Shown here in pieces: positions 30,285 to 40,246 of a DNA stretch of 64,000 nucleotides. Where the stretch lies: positions 160,001 to 224,000 of the forward strand of contig CAVPSJ010000008.1 in assembly GCA_963708295.1 (NCBI GenBank), given 5' to 3'. Under the pieces are notes generated by a model, which had not been told where the DNA came from, ran no database searches, and was given only the letters and a program-made list of their open reading frames with translations. The stretch's first letter is position 1; every line of letters begins with the position of its first letter. Made by a program: the position numbers and the translations under genes. This DNA is from an uncultured delta proteobacterium (lineage in GTDB: Bacteria; Desulfobacterota; BSN033; UBA1163).

Positions 30285-31112
30285 ATGGATGAAAAAAAAG
30301 AAAAAGAACTGGAGAGGGCTCCCCGGGGACTCAGGGATTTTTTGAGCCCGAGGGAGCCCCTCCCGAAAAGCCTCTATCTCATCCTTGCCCTCAGCAGTTT
30401 TGCCTTCTTCCTTCTCCTGTGGTCGATTCTCACCTACGGAAGATTTGTCGACGCCTTGTTTCTTCCCTCTCCGGGAAGGGTTTTCCAGGCGGGTGTGGAC
30501 CTCTTCCTGGAATTCGAGTTCGCGACCGACATCCTCAACAGTGTTTACCGGGTGATGATGGGATTTTTCATCGCAGCGATTATCGGCGTTCCCATCGGTT
30601 TGATTATGGGGACCTTCAAAGCGGCAGAGGCCTTGACCGAACCCGTGGTGGGGTTCATTCGATATATGCCTGCCTCTGCCTTTATCCCTCTGTTCATCCT
30701 CTGGCTGGGAATCGGCGATGTTGAAAAGATTGCCATTATCTTTGTCGGGAGCTTTTTCCAGCTCGTCCTGATGGTGGCGGTCGTCGCCAAGAACGTGCAT
30801 AAGGACTTGTTGGAGACGGCCTATACGCTGGGAGCAAGGCGGTTTCAAGTGATCCGGAAGGTCCTTCTTCCGGCCAGTCTCCCGGGGATTGTCGACACGC
30901 TGAGAATCATCGTCGGATGGGCTTGGACGTATATCATCGTCGCTGAACTGGTCGCCTCTGCTTCGGGGATCGGCTATATGATCATCAGCTCCCAGAGGAT
31001 GCTCCGTACAGGAAATATCATCTTCGGGATTCTTACGATCGGAATGCTGGGTCTCCTCACGGACTTTTTCTCGAAATGGGTTTATAATAGATTATTTCCG
31101 TGGGTGGAATGA
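30285..31112 (+). CDS. NitT/TauT-family ABC permease
   Basis: 'RYMPASAFIPLFILWLGI', 'ETAYTLGA', 'AWTYIIVAEL'. Confidence 0.9.
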   Translation: MDEKKEKELERAPRGLRDFLSPREPLPKSLYLILALSSFAFFLLLWSILTYGRFVDALFLPSPGRVFQAGVDLFLEFEFATDILNSVYRVMMGFFIAAIIGVPIGLIMGTFKAAEALTEPVVGFIRYMPASAFIPLFILWLGIGDVEKIAIIFVGSFFQLVLMVAVVAKNVHKDLLETAYTLGARRFQVIRKVLLPASLPGIVDTLRIIVGWAWTYIIVAELVASASGIGYMIISSQRMLRTGNIIFGILTIGMLGLLTDFFSKWVYNRLFPWVE

Positions 31113-31122
31113 GAAGGTAAAG

Positions 31123-31920
31123 GTGGAAGAAGGGGCCAAACTCCACGTCCATAACGTTTCCAAGATCTACCGCTCGGATGGTCAGGAAGTGATGGCCATT
31201 GATGAGATCGATCTCAAGATAAGGAACAAGGAGTTTGCAACGATCCTGGGCCCCTCGGGCTGCGGAAAGTCCACGCTCCTTCGCATTGTGGCTGGGCTGA
31301 TCAAGCCGACGCGAGGAGTGGTCAGACTGGATGGGAATGTGATCGGCGGACCGGGGCAGGATCGCGGGATGGTCTTTCAGAGCTATACCCTCTTTCCCTG
31401 GCTCACGGTGAAAGAGAATATTCAGTTCGGGCTCGAGATCTCAGGGATGTCAAAAACGCAACAGGAACAGGTCGGTCAAGAGTTCGTGGAGAAAGTTGGC
31501 CTGAAAGGGTTTGAACGGACTTACCCGAAAGGGCTTTCCGGAGGGATGAAGCAGAGGGTTGCCATCGCAAGAGCTCTGGCCAACAATCCTGCCATTTTGC
31601 TGCTGGATGAGCCCTTCGGGGCCTTGGATGCTCAGACGCGGTCACTCATGCAGGAGCTTCTCACCCAGGTCTGGGAGGAACTTCATAAGACCATCCTTTT
31701 TGTTACCCACGATGTGGAGGAGGCCATCTTCCTTTCGGATCGGGTCTTTGTCATGACCGCCAGACCGGGGAAGATCAAGGCCGAGATTGACATCCCTTTG
31801 GAGCGGCCCAGAAGTTACGAGCTCAAGTCCACGGAGGCTTTCCTCAACCTAAAAAAACGGGCTCTCGCCCTCATCCGGGAGGAAGCGATCAAAGCGACGC
31901 TGGGGAAAGAGTCCATCTGA
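31123..31920 (+). CDS. NitT/TauT-family ABC ATPase
   Basis: 'GPSGCGKST', 'LSGGMKQRVAIARAL', 'DEPFGALD'. Confidence 0.93.
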   Translation: MEEGAKLHVHNVSKIYRSDGQEVMAIDEIDLKIRNKEFATILGPSGCGKSTLLRIVAGLIKPTRGVVRLDGNVIGGPGQDRGMVFQSYTLFPWLTVKENIQFGLEISGMSKTQQEQVGQEFVEKVGLKGFERTYPKGLSGGMKQRVAIARALANNPAILLLDEPFGALDAQTRSLMQELLTQVWEELHKTILFVTHDVEEAIFLSDRVFVMTARPGKIKAEIDIPLERPRSYELKSTEAFLNLKKRALALIREEAIKATLGKESI

Positions 31921-31986
31921 TTCGGCCAGGTTGGGAGGGTTATTCGCAGCCCTTGTCCCAGAGCAGAAGAGAGAGGAGAAGATGAG

Positions 31987-33129
31987 TTGAACGCAGAGAA
32001 ACTGACACGAAAGGGGATACTAAGAATTGCATCCTATGTTCCCGGGAAGGCGATCGAGGAGGTTCAAAAAGAGTTCGGGGCTAAAAGGTGGATTAAGCTG
32101 GCTTCCAACGAAAATCTGCTGGGCCCTTCTCCAAAGGCTATCGCAGCCATTCGGAGGGAGCTTCCCAATATTTATCTTTACCCGGAAGGCCCTTGTACGC
32201 TTTTAAGAAAGGCCCTGGCTGAGAAGTTTGGAATTTCAGAAAAAGAGGTCGTGATCTCCAACGGCGCCGATAATCTCATTCTCATGATTGCCAATGCTTT
32301 TGTGAATGAAGGGGACGAGGTCATGATGGCCGACCCTACGTTCTCGGTCTATACGAATGTGACCCAAATCATGGGTGGAAAGCCAGTCAAGGTTAGGTTG
32401 AAAGACTTCGCCCATGATCTGGACGCGATGTTAAAGCGGGTGAGCCGGAAGACAAAACTCATCTTTGTCTGCAATCCGAACAATCCGACGGGTACGACGG
32501 TTTCTCTGGAGGCATTTAACCGTTTTCTCTCCAAAGTCCCCGAACGTGTCATGGTCGTCCTGGATGAAGCCTATGGGGACTTTGCCGAAGAGGCATTCTA
32601 TCCCAATGGCTTAGACTATATCAAAGAAAGAAGGCAGGTCATCGTTCTCCGGACCTTTTCAAAGGTCTATGGGTTGGCGGGGTTAAGAATAGGTTTTGCA
32701 TTGGGGAGGGAGGACTTCGTGGATTGCCTTTATCAGGTGAGAGACCCTTTTCCGGTTCACCGACTGGCGCAGGTGGCTGCAGTGGCTGCTCTAAACGATG
32801 AGGACCATGCCGTACGGTCCATTCAATTGGTTTACGAAGGGAAGAGGTTTCTCTATAAGGAGCTGGATCGGATGGGTTTCTCCTATGTTCCCAGCCAAGC
32901 CAATTTCATCCTGATCGATTTTGAAAAAGACTCGGAAAAGGTTTTTCAGGATTTTTTGAGAGAGGGGATTATCATTCGACCCGGAAAGGTGTGGGGTTAT
33001 CCCACATTTGCGAGGGTGACCATTGGAAGGATGGAGGACAACCGTAGATTCATCCGGGCCCTCAAAAAGATTCTTAGCCGTTCGTCTCTTGATGAACGTC
33101 AGGATCGTTTAGGTCGTAGAAACGGTTAA
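31987..33129 (+). CDS. hisC: Histidinol-phosphate aminotransferase family protein (class II)
   Basis: 'KLASNEN', 'CNPNNPTG', 'DEAY', 'RTFSKVYGLAGLRIG'. Confidence 0.9.
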   Translation: MNAEKLTRKGILRIASYVPGKAIEEVQKEFGAKRWIKLASNENLLGPSPKAIAAIRRELPNIYLYPEGPCTLLRKALAEKFGISEKEVVISNGADNLILMIANAFVNEGDEVMMADPTFSVYTNVTQIMGGKPVKVRLKDFAHDLDAMLKRVSRKTKLIFVCNPNNPTGTTVSLEAFNRFLSKVPERVMVVLDEAYGDFAEEAFYPNGLDYIKERRQVIVLRTFSKVYGLAGLRIGFALGREDFVDCLYQVRDPFPVHRLAQVAAVAALNDEDHAVRSIQLVYEGKRFLYKELDRMGFSYVPSQANFILIDFEKDSEKVFQDFLREGIIIRPGKVWGYPTFARVTIGRMEDNRRFIRALKKILSRSSLDERQDRLGRRNG

Positions 33130-33181
33130 TCCTTGGAGCAGTCTCTTACGGGCAAAACGGACCCGACGAACTCAACCCAAA

Positions 33182-34441
33182 ATGGCCCCGAAAGTTCACG
33201 TTGATCTTGTCATTAAGAACGCTGACGAGCTTCTGACCCTTTCTCCTTCTTCCAGGGAAGATTCAGGGCTGGGGATGATTCAAAATGGGGCGCTCGCCGT
33301 CCGTAGGGGAAGAATCCTCTGGGTGGGGAGGACGGAGGAGATTTCCGGAAAGTTCTCCTTGAGCCGAGATGGGAGGGAAATAGATGCCACGGGTAAAGTG
33401 GTCATGCCCGGTCTCATCGATGCCCATACGCATCTCGTTTTTGCGGGGTCGAGAGAGAATGAATTCGAGCAAAGGATTCAGGGCCTCTCTTACCAGGAGA
33501 TCGCGGGGAGAGGAGGGGGAATCCTCTCAACGGTAGAGGCGACGCGGCATTCTTCCTTTGATGAACTTCTTTCCCTCGGTGCGAGAAGGTTGGACCGGAT
33601 GCTTTCCAAGGGGGTGACGACCGTGGAAGCAAAAAGCGGATACGGACTTTCTCTCCAGGATGAGATGAAGATTCTCGGAGTCATGAAGGCCTTGCGGGAA
33701 AACCATCCGGTTGAGCTCGTCCCGACCTTTTTGGGGGCCCACACCTTTCCAAAAGAATTCAGGGAGGATCGGGCGCGTTATATGGGTCTTCTCACCCAAG
33801 AGATGATCCCTCAGGTAGCACAGGAAAGGCTCGCAGAGTTTTGCGATGTCTTCTGTGAAGAGAAAGCTTTTACCCTTGCAGAGTCGAAAAAGATTCTCGA
33901 GACCGGAAAGCAGTATGGTCTGAAACCCAAGATCCACGCGGACCAGTTGAGTTCAGGCGGCGGAGCGGAGCTGGCAGCGGAGGTCGGTGCCTATTCTGCC
34001 GATCATTTAGAATTCGCGAGCCCGGAGGGTATCCGGAAAATGGCCGAAACAGGAGTCACCGCCGTTTTATTACCGGGAGCGAGTTTTTTTCTGTCGATGC
34101 AGAAATACCCTCCTGCAAGGGAGATGATCGAACAAGGAGTGGCGGTATCGCTCGCGACGGATCTGAACCCCGGTTCTTCGATGACCGAGTCCCTTCCGAT
34201 GATCATGACGATGGGGTGTACGATGTACAGGTTACTTCCCAGAGAGGTGATTCAAGCCACGACGATTCATGCGGCGAAATCCATGGGACGACAGAGAGAG
34301 ATTGGGAGCCTGGAAGTTGGAAAACAAGCCGATCTCTTGGCACTCGACATCCCCAACTATCGTTATTTCCCTTATCACTTTGGCGTGGACCATGTTGAGA
34401 CAGTGATCAAAAAAGGAACGATTGTTTATCAGAGAGCGTAA
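33182..34441 (+). CDS. hutI: Imidazolonepropionase
   Basis: 'PGLIDAHTHLVFAG', 'EAKSGYGL', 'KIHADQL', 'ATDLNPGS'. Confidence 0.96.
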   Translation: MAPKVHVDLVIKNADELLTLSPSSREDSGLGMIQNGALAVRRGRILWVGRTEEISGKFSLSRDGREIDATGKVVMPGLIDAHTHLVFAGSRENEFEQRIQGLSYQEIAGRGGGILSTVEATRHSSFDELLSLGARRLDRMLSKGVTTVEAKSGYGLSLQDEMKILGVMKALRENHPVELVPTFLGAHTFPKEFREDRARYMGLLTQEMIPQVAQERLAEFCDVFCEEKAFTLAESKKILETGKQYGLKPKIHADQLSSGGGAELAAEVGAYSADHLEFASPEGIRKMAETGVTAVLLPGASFFLSMQKYPPAREMIEQGVAVSLATDLNPGSSMTESLPMIMTMGCTMYRLLPREVIQATTIHAAKSMGRQREIGSLEVGKQADLLALDIPNYRYFPYHFGVDHVETVIKKGTIVYQRA

Positions 34442-34457
34442 CTTCCGGGGGGTCCCC

Positions 34458-35354
34458 ATGCGACTTCTTGAATGTGTTCCAAATATCAGCGAGGGCAGAG
34501 ATCAAGAGAAGATTGCTTCCATTTCAGAGGAAATAAGAAAACATAGAAGGGTCAGACTTCTTGACTGTTCTTCGGACAAGGACCACCACAGAAGCGTGTT
34601 CACTTTCGTTGGGGAACCCGAGGCGATTCAAGAAGCTGCCTTCGCGTTCACCCTGAAGGCCCTCGACCTCATTGATATGAGGGGACACCAGGGAGGTCAC
34701 CCTCGTCTGGGAGCAGTGGATGTCGTTCCCTTTGTTCCCATTCATGGGGTAAAAATGGAAGAGGCTGTTCAAATAGCCCATGAATTTGGGAAGGGGCTGG
34801 GGAAAAGGGGGATTCCTGTCTTTTTTTATGAAGAAGCGGCGACCCGACCGGAGAGAAAAGGCCTCCCTTCCATCCGAAAAGGGGAATATGAGGGATTGGC
34901 GGAGAAGCTGAAGGATCCCGACTGGAAGCCCGATGAAGGACCCGATCATTTCGATCCAAGATCCGGGGCTACGGTTGTGGGGGCGCGCTTCCCTTTGGTC
35001 GCCTATAATGTTAACCTTAAAACGAGGGACCTCACTTTTGCCAAAGAGATTGCCAGGAAAGTCCGGTTCAAAGACGGAGGATTCCCTCATGTTAGGGCGA
35101 TGGGAGTGGATCTGAAGGAAAAAGAGATGGTCCAGGTTTCGATGAATCTGACCGATTATCGGGTGACCAATATCCCAACAGTATATGAATTCATCAAAGA
35201 AGAGGCTTTGAAAAAAGGGATCGAGGTTGGGGGTTCGGAAATCGTGGGATTGATTCCTCTGGGTGCTTTGGCGGATATCGCCGGGCGTTATTTGAGCTCT
35301 GAGCAGTTTTCGCTTCGCCAGGTGATCGAACAGCGAATTTTGGAATTTGATTGA
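34458..35354 (+). CDS. ftcd: Glutamate formimidoyltransferase
   Basis: 'ECVPNISEGR', 'DHHRSV', 'HPRLGAVDVVPFVP', 'QVSMNL'. Confidence 0.95.
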   Translation: MRLLECVPNISEGRDQEKIASISEEIRKHRRVRLLDCSSDKDHHRSVFTFVGEPEAIQEAAFAFTLKALDLIDMRGHQGGHPRLGAVDVVPFVPIHGVKMEEAVQIAHEFGKGLGKRGIPVFFYEEAATRPERKGLPSIRKGEYEGLAEKLKDPDWKPDEGPDHFDPRSGATVVGARFPLVAYNVNLKTRDLTFAKEIARKVRFKDGGFPHVRAMGVDLKEKEMVQVSMNLTDYRVTNIPTVYEFIKEEALKKGIEVGGSEIVGLIPLGALADIAGRYLSSEQFSLRQVIEQRILEFD

Positions 35355-35366
35355 GAGGGAGAGATC

Positions 35367-35978
35367 ATGGAACTCAAACGATTCTTGGAAAAGCTGTCGT
35401 CAGATACTCCTACCCCCGGGGGAGGAAGCGCTTCAGCGCTGGCAGGGGCGTTGTCTGCCTCGCTCGTGACCATGGTGGCAGGGCTTACTTCCAAGAAGGA
35501 CAAATCAAAAAAAAAAGAGATGGAGGGGATAAGAAAGAAAGGGATGTCCTTTCAGAAAAGGCTTTTTCGGGCAATTGATGAGGATTCAAAGTCTTATGAG
35601 GCGGTCTTGAAAGCATTTCGACTTCCCAGAAACTCGGGAAAAGAGCGTCTCCGTCGGATCAAGGAGATTCAAAGGGCCTATCAGAGAGCCACCCTGCCCC
35701 CCCAAAAGGTTTGTCAGCAGTCCCTTGAACTCCTGGAATATTGCTGGACGCTTATTTTAAGGGGCAACCCGAATGCCGTCAGTGATGCTGGGGTGGCCGC
35801 ACTTCTCGCCGATGCTGCCTGCGCAGGGGGGTTACTCAATATCAAAATTAATCTCGCAGGCGTGGCTGAAAAAAGCTTTGTCAAGAAAATGAATAAGATG
35901 ACGAGGAGCTGGGCAAAAAAGAGAAATCAACGGATGAAGGCCATTCACAAGAGCCTGACCGGAATTTATTCACGTTAA
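35367..35978 (+). CDS. Formimidoyl-THF cyclodeaminase/cyclohydrolase family protein
   Basis: 'PTPGGGSASAL', 'GNPNAVSDAGVA', 'NIKINL'. Confidence 0.92.
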   Translation: MELKRFLEKLSSDTPTPGGGSASALAGALSASLVTMVAGLTSKKDKSKKKEMEGIRKKGMSFQKRLFRAIDEDSKSYEAVLKAFRLPRNSGKERLRRIKEIQRAYQRATLPPQKVCQQSLELLEYCWTLILRGNPNAVSDAGVAALLADAACAGGLLNIKINLAGVAEKSFVKKMNKMTRSWAKKRNQRMKAIHKSLTGIYSR

Positions 35979-36053
35979 GCGACCGAATTTCCATCCGGAT
36001 GGAACGGGCGGTTTTTTCTAAAATCCCTTAAAGGGTTTCTTTGTGGGGGGGAC

Positions 36054-37493
36054 ATGTCGAAGTCTGGCGTTTTAATCGCAATCGTCCTTTTTCTTATTCT
36101 GAGCTTTTCCACAGTCAGCGGCCAGGAAAACCTGCCCCTTCTCATTAAAAAGACCGAACCCTCGATCGTTGTCATCGTGACTTTTGGAAAAGAGGGAAAC
36201 ATGCTCGGTCAGGGAACCGGGTTTTTTATCAATCAGGAAGGGGACGTGGTCACGAATTCTCATGTCCTGGAGGGGGCAAGCCGCGCTGTCGCCCAGACGA
36301 CCGACGGGAAAGAACACGCTGTCCGGAGAGTTCTTGCCGAAGACAAGGAAGGCGATTTAGTCCGGGTATCGGTAGAGATTTCGAGAGAAGCTGTCAGACC
36401 CTTAGCCGTCCGGGCGGGGCTTCCCGATGTAGGGGAAAGAATTATTATTATAGGGACGCCCCTCGGACTCGACAAAACCGTCTCGGATGGCATTGTTTCC
36501 GCTGTCCGGGATGTCCCTGAATTTGGAAAAATTATTCAGGTGACCGCTCCGATTTCTCCCGGGTCCAGCGGGAGCCCGGTCATCGACATGCAGGGAGAGG
36601 TGATCGGGATCGCAACTTTCTTTGTGGTGGCAGGTCAAAACCTCAACTTTGCCATTCCTGGAGAGAGAATAGCAAGACTGGCCAGCGGTCAAGAAGAAAC
36701 CCTTTCGGAGCGGGATGAAAAGAGAACAAAAGGTTGGCTTGCCTCGGCAGAGGGACTTTATTCAACCGGACTTCATTTCCTTTGGACAGAGGAGTACGCG
36801 AAAGCTCTTCCCTATTTTTTTGAAACGGTTAAGAGAAACCCGGGCCACGGTGCAGGGTATTTCCAGATCGGATATTGTCTGGCCAAACTTGGGCAGTATA
36901 AAGAAGCCATTGAGTTGTATAAACAGGCCCTTCGCGTCATCCCGAAAGAAGCCGGTGTTTATAGTAATCTGTGCACTGCTTACGGAAAGGCCGGTCGCTA
37001 CGATGAAGCGATTGAATCCTGCAAAGCGGCCATCCAGCTCAAGCCCGATTTTGCCGAAGCTTATAGCAATCTGGGGTGGTCCTATCACAAGGCAGGGCGT
37101 CATCAGGAGGCCGTCGAGGCGTGTAAGCAGGCCATTCGTCTCAAGCCTGATTTTTCTTCGGCTCACTATAATCTCGGAAACAGTTACTCTGCTCTGAAAA
37201 AATATGCAGAGGCCATCGATTCCTACAAAGAGGCGATTCGCATCCAATTCGATTACGCCGAAAGCCATTCGGACTTAGGGGCAGCTTATTTTCACACGGG
37301 GCGGATTGAAGAGGCGATCGTATCTTACAAACAGGCCATCCGGTTCAAGCCTGCGCTGGCCGAGGCCCGCCTCAATCTGGGAATGGCTTATTTGAGGCTT
37401 GGGGACAAAGGGTCCGCCATTGAGGAATACAAGGTCCTGAAGGGATTGAATCAGGAACTCGCCAATCGACTTTTTAATCTGATCTATGAGTGA
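36054..37493 (+). CDS. Exported trypsin-like serine protease with TPR repeats
   Basis: 'GTGFF', 'TNSHV', 'ISPGSSGSPV' followed by multiple TPR repeats. Confidence 0.9.
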   Translation: MSKSGVLIAIVLFLILSFSTVSGQENLPLLIKKTEPSIVVIVTFGKEGNMLGQGTGFFINQEGDVVTNSHVLEGASRAVAQTTDGKEHAVRRVLAEDKEGDLVRVSVEISREAVRPLAVRAGLPDVGERIIIIGTPLGLDKTVSDGIVSAVRDVPEFGKIIQVTAPISPGSSGSPVIDMQGEVIGIATFFVVAGQNLNFAIPGERIARLASGQEETLSERDEKRTKGWLASAEGLYSTGLHFLWTEEYAKALPYFFETVKRNPGHGAGYFQIGYCLAKLGQYKEAIELYKQALRVIPKEAGVYSNLCTAYGKAGRYDEAIESCKAAIQLKPDFAEAYSNLGWSYHKAGRHQEAVEACKQAIRLKPDFSSAHYNLGNSYSALKKYAEAIDSYKEAIRIQFDYAESHSDLGAAYFHTGRIEEAIVSYKQAIRFKPALAEARLNLGMAYLRLGDKGSAIEEYKVLKGLNQELANRLFNLIYE

Positions 37494-37600
37494 GGGCTAA
37501 GGCTTGACGGAAGACTTCGGGCCGCACAGGGCTCTCTCAGCGCCCCTGCCGGGACGGCCGGAGTAATTTCCTGTGCCCCCTGGTCTTACTCTGGAGTCTC

Positions 37601-37634
37601 TTACAGCGGGGATGAGAATTCATCCCCGCTGTAA
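37601..37634. terminator. Hairpin between convergent genes
   Basis: TTACAGCGGGGATGA-GAAT-TCATCCCCGCTGTAA perfect 15-bp stem. Confidence 0.7.
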
Positions 37635-37732
37635 TTTTCCGGAGGGATTTGGGTCTCCTGGGCGTTTGATATCCGAATCCCTTTACACAGAAGGTTTCTC
37701 AACAAAGCAAGTGAATGTCCGGTGAAGAATAT

Positions 37733-38035
37733 TTACTTCTTTGGGGGGACGATCGCTTCCTTGCACGCTTTGGCAATGCGCATCTTCACCACGGTCTTGG
37801 CCGGGATATTAATCGCCTCACCCGTAGCCGGATTTCTCCCCACGCGCGCTTTCCGCTTGACCAGGACGAGTTTGCCGATTCCCGGGAAGGTGAAGGCTCC
37901 CACCTTCTTGGTCTCGGCGACCGCCAATCCTGCCATCTCATCGATGACGGTTGAAGCAATCTTTTTGGAGAGGTCAAACTTCTTCGCAAAAAATGAAACG
38001 ATCTGGGCCTTCGTAAGCGGTTTCTTGCCTGCCAT
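37733..38035 (-). CDS. hup: HU family DNA-binding protein
   Basis: 'FPGIGKL...KARVGRNPATGEAINIPAK'. Confidence 0.95.
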   Translation of the reverse strand: MAGKKPLTKAQIVSFFAKKFDLSKKIASTVIDEMAGLAVAETKKVGAFTFPGIGKLVLVKRKARVGRNPATGEAINIPAKTVVKMRIAKACKEAIVPPKK

Positions 38036-38123
38036 ACTCTTTCCTCCTCTTGGTGATATGATTTAAAGTCTAAGTATACAAAAAAGTTTCTAAAAAGCAA
38101 GTACAAAATTATTAAAAAAAAAT

Positions 38124-38199
38124 TGGAGCGGGCAACGGGGATCGAACCCGCGACCCTCGGCTTGGGAAGCCGATGCTCTACCAGCTGAGCTATGCCCGC
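38124..38199 (-). tRNA. tRNA-Gly (CCC)
   Basis: GCGGGCATAGCTCAG...CTTCCCAAG...GTTCGATCC...GCCCGCTCCA cloverleaf. Confidence 0.97.
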
Positions 38200-38272
38200 C
38201 CTCTGACAGGTTCGACGATCAATCGCCCATGTCCAAAATAAAGGAAAATGCCGGGCCTTGTCAAGAAGTTTT

Positions 38273-38471
38273 TAGCAGGCCGCTGAAAAACGTCCATCTG
38301 CGGCGATCCGGTCCCCTTCGGGGACGTGCCAAGAGTTGCTCCTTATTCGTCGTGATGCCACGCTCAGGGTTTCGAGAGCCTCGCCTCTGGCTGCGCGAAG
38401 TCCCGCCTCGCGGGGCGAAGGCAGGAGCATTTTTGAGCTGCCTGGGAGATTACGCTTTTCTCAACAGCTAG
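38273..38471. mobile_element. MITE-like element with GGC(T/C)GCTGAAAAA ends
   Basis: TAGCAGGCCGCTGAAAAACG...TTTTCTCAACAGCTAG; homologous to 44416-44573. Confidence 0.6.
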
Positions 38472-39550
38472 ATTACTTTCAGCTCGTTCGGAAGATAAGT
38501 CAAAACTTCCACTCCTCGAGGGGTGACGAGAACCATATCTTCGATCCGGACTCCGCCTTGGTCAGGGAGGTAAATGCCGGGTTCTATCGTAAAAACCATT
38601 CCTTCCTGAAGGAGGTCTTTGTTTTCGCCGTTGACCGCAGGATCCTCATGGACCGCAAGTCCGATGCCGTGGCCCGTGCCGTGACCGAAATAATCCCCGT
38701 ATCCCTGATTTCGAATGTGGTCTCTTGCTGCTCCGTCGACCTCGCCGATGGGGATGCCCGGCCTCACCTTCTCAATCGCCCGGTCGTGAGCTTCCTTGAC
38801 GATTTGATAGATCTTCGCCTGTTCGGGGGAAGGGTGACTGCAGACCACCGTGCGTGTTTGATCGGAGTGGTAACCCTGAAATCCTGAGCCAAAATCGATG
38901 AGGACAAAATCTCCCTTCTCGATCCGTTTGCCACTGGCCTTCCCGTGAGGAAGAGCGGATCGTTTTCCGGAGGCCATAATTATGTCGAAACCAATAGCAT
39001 CCGCCCCCCCACGCTTCATGAGGGATTCCATTTCCAGAGCAACCTCTCGCTCCACCACGCCTTCTTTGAGCATTTCCGTCGCCTGGAAAAAGGCATTCGA
39101 TGAGATGTCAATCGCCCTCCGGATGAGGGTGAGTTCATGGGCATCTTTGACAGCTCGCAGGTCTTTTATTTCATTCTCCAGCGGATGCAGTTTTGCCTCA
39201 GCGGTCAATCTTTCCGTGATAAAGCGATAGGCCGAGAAGGGAAGGACGGCGGATTCAAATCCGATCTCACTCAATTTCAGGTCAACCAAAAGAGAGAGGA
39301 TCCCCTCCATTTTCCTTTTGTAACGGACGATCTGGGTTCCCTTCACCTCTTCATCCGCCTGGGTCCAGTACCGGGAGTCCGTCAGGAAAAAGGATTCCTT
39401 CTGGGTGATGATGAAGGCGCCATCACTTCCGGTAAAACCGCACAGATAGCGAATGTTTTCAAGGCTGACGAAGAGAATCCCGTCCAGATGAGAGGAATCC
39501 AAAATCTTCCGGGCATTTTTTTGCCGCGCCTCATGAAAAGAATTTCCCAT
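38468..39550 (-). CDS. Xaa-Pro aminopeptidase, M24 family
   Basis: Creatinase-like N-terminus; 'DFG...YHSDQTRT', 'HGTGHGIGLAVHE', 'EPGIY...GGVRIED'. Confidence 0.95.
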   Translation of the reverse strand: MGNSFHEARQKNARKILDSSHLDGILFVSLENIRYLCGFTGSDGAFIITQKESFFLTDSRYWTQADEEVKGTQIVRYKRKMEGILSLLVDLKLSEIGFESAVLPFSAYRFITERLTAEAKLHPLENEIKDLRAVKDAHELTLIRRAIDISSNAFFQATEMLKEGVVEREVALEMESLMKRGGADAIGFDIIMASGKRSALPHGKASGKRIEKGDFVLIDFGSGFQGYHSDQTRTVVCSHPSPEQAKIYQIVKEAHDRAIEKVRPGIPIGEVDGAARDHIRNQGYGDYFGHGTGHGIGLAVHEDPAVNGENKDLLQEGMVFTIEPGIYLPDQGGVRIEDMVLVTPRGVEVLTYLPNELKVI

Positions 39551-39804
39551 CAGTTTGGCCTCCGTTTCCGAATATTAGCCAGCCATTTCTCGAGATGGTG
39601 TATCTTTTCCTCCTTGGAAAGAGGGGAGGAGAAGCCGGAAAGAGGGGAGGAATCCAATTTCTCTCTCAGCTCTTCTAACCTCTTTTCTATTTCTGCATCA
39701 AAGGGATCTTTTTCCGCTAGGATTTTATAAATGTCGTAGGCCTCCTGAAGGTGCCCCTGTTGGAGATAAATCTCAGCAAGTGTCTTCGTCGTCAAGCGAT
39801 CCAT
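39550..39804 (-). CDS. Small TPR-like hypothetical protein
   Basis: 'TKTLAEIYLQQGHLQEAYDIY...LEKWLANI'. Confidence 0.8.
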   Translation of the reverse strand: MDRLTTKTLAEIYLQQGHLQEAYDIYKILAEKDPFDAEIEKRLEELREKLDSSPLSGFSSPLSKEEKIHHLEKWLANIRKRRPN

Positions 39805-39896
39805 AGGCTCCCCCGGCATGAAAGGCCTTTTTAAAAATTAGAGAATAATTTTCAAAAAGTCAACCCCCTTATCCCTCTTGCTCACCCCAGCTCTTC

Positions 39897-40075
39897 TTTG
39901 CCCGCCACCAGGGGAAATCCCCTCCGAGGCTTCATCAGGCCCGCGTTGAGGTATTCGGGATCAAAGTCCTCAATAACATTCAATCCTGCTCTCCCTCGTT
40001 GGTGCTCATGCAGCCAAACTCTGAAGCGGTAGGGCTGATAAAGCCCCTTCAGGGGTCCCCCTGATGGCGGGCAAA
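39897..40075 (-). ncRNA. Candidate structured non-coding RNA (~180 nt)
   Basis: ~45-bp imperfect closing stem whose single-base mismatches become G-U pairs on the minus strand; internal hairpins. Confidence 0.45.
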
Positions 40076-40184
40076 AAAATGACCCGATTCCAGGAAAGAG
40101 GTTCTCCTATCGATCAGGACATCGAGGGCAGGATACAGAGGGACGGGTGGGAGAAGCTTTGTCCCCCCAAAAAAAGAGAGAGTA

Positions 40185-40213
40185 TTGACATGGGGGTGAT
40201 TATCAAATAATAT
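40185..40213 (+). promoter_or_regulatory. Sigma70 promoter
   Basis: TTGACA-17 bp-TAATAT upstream of the aminotransferase. Confidence 0.6.
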
Positions 40214-40246
40214 TATTTGGTTTTTCTCATTTGAAAGGAATCGAAT

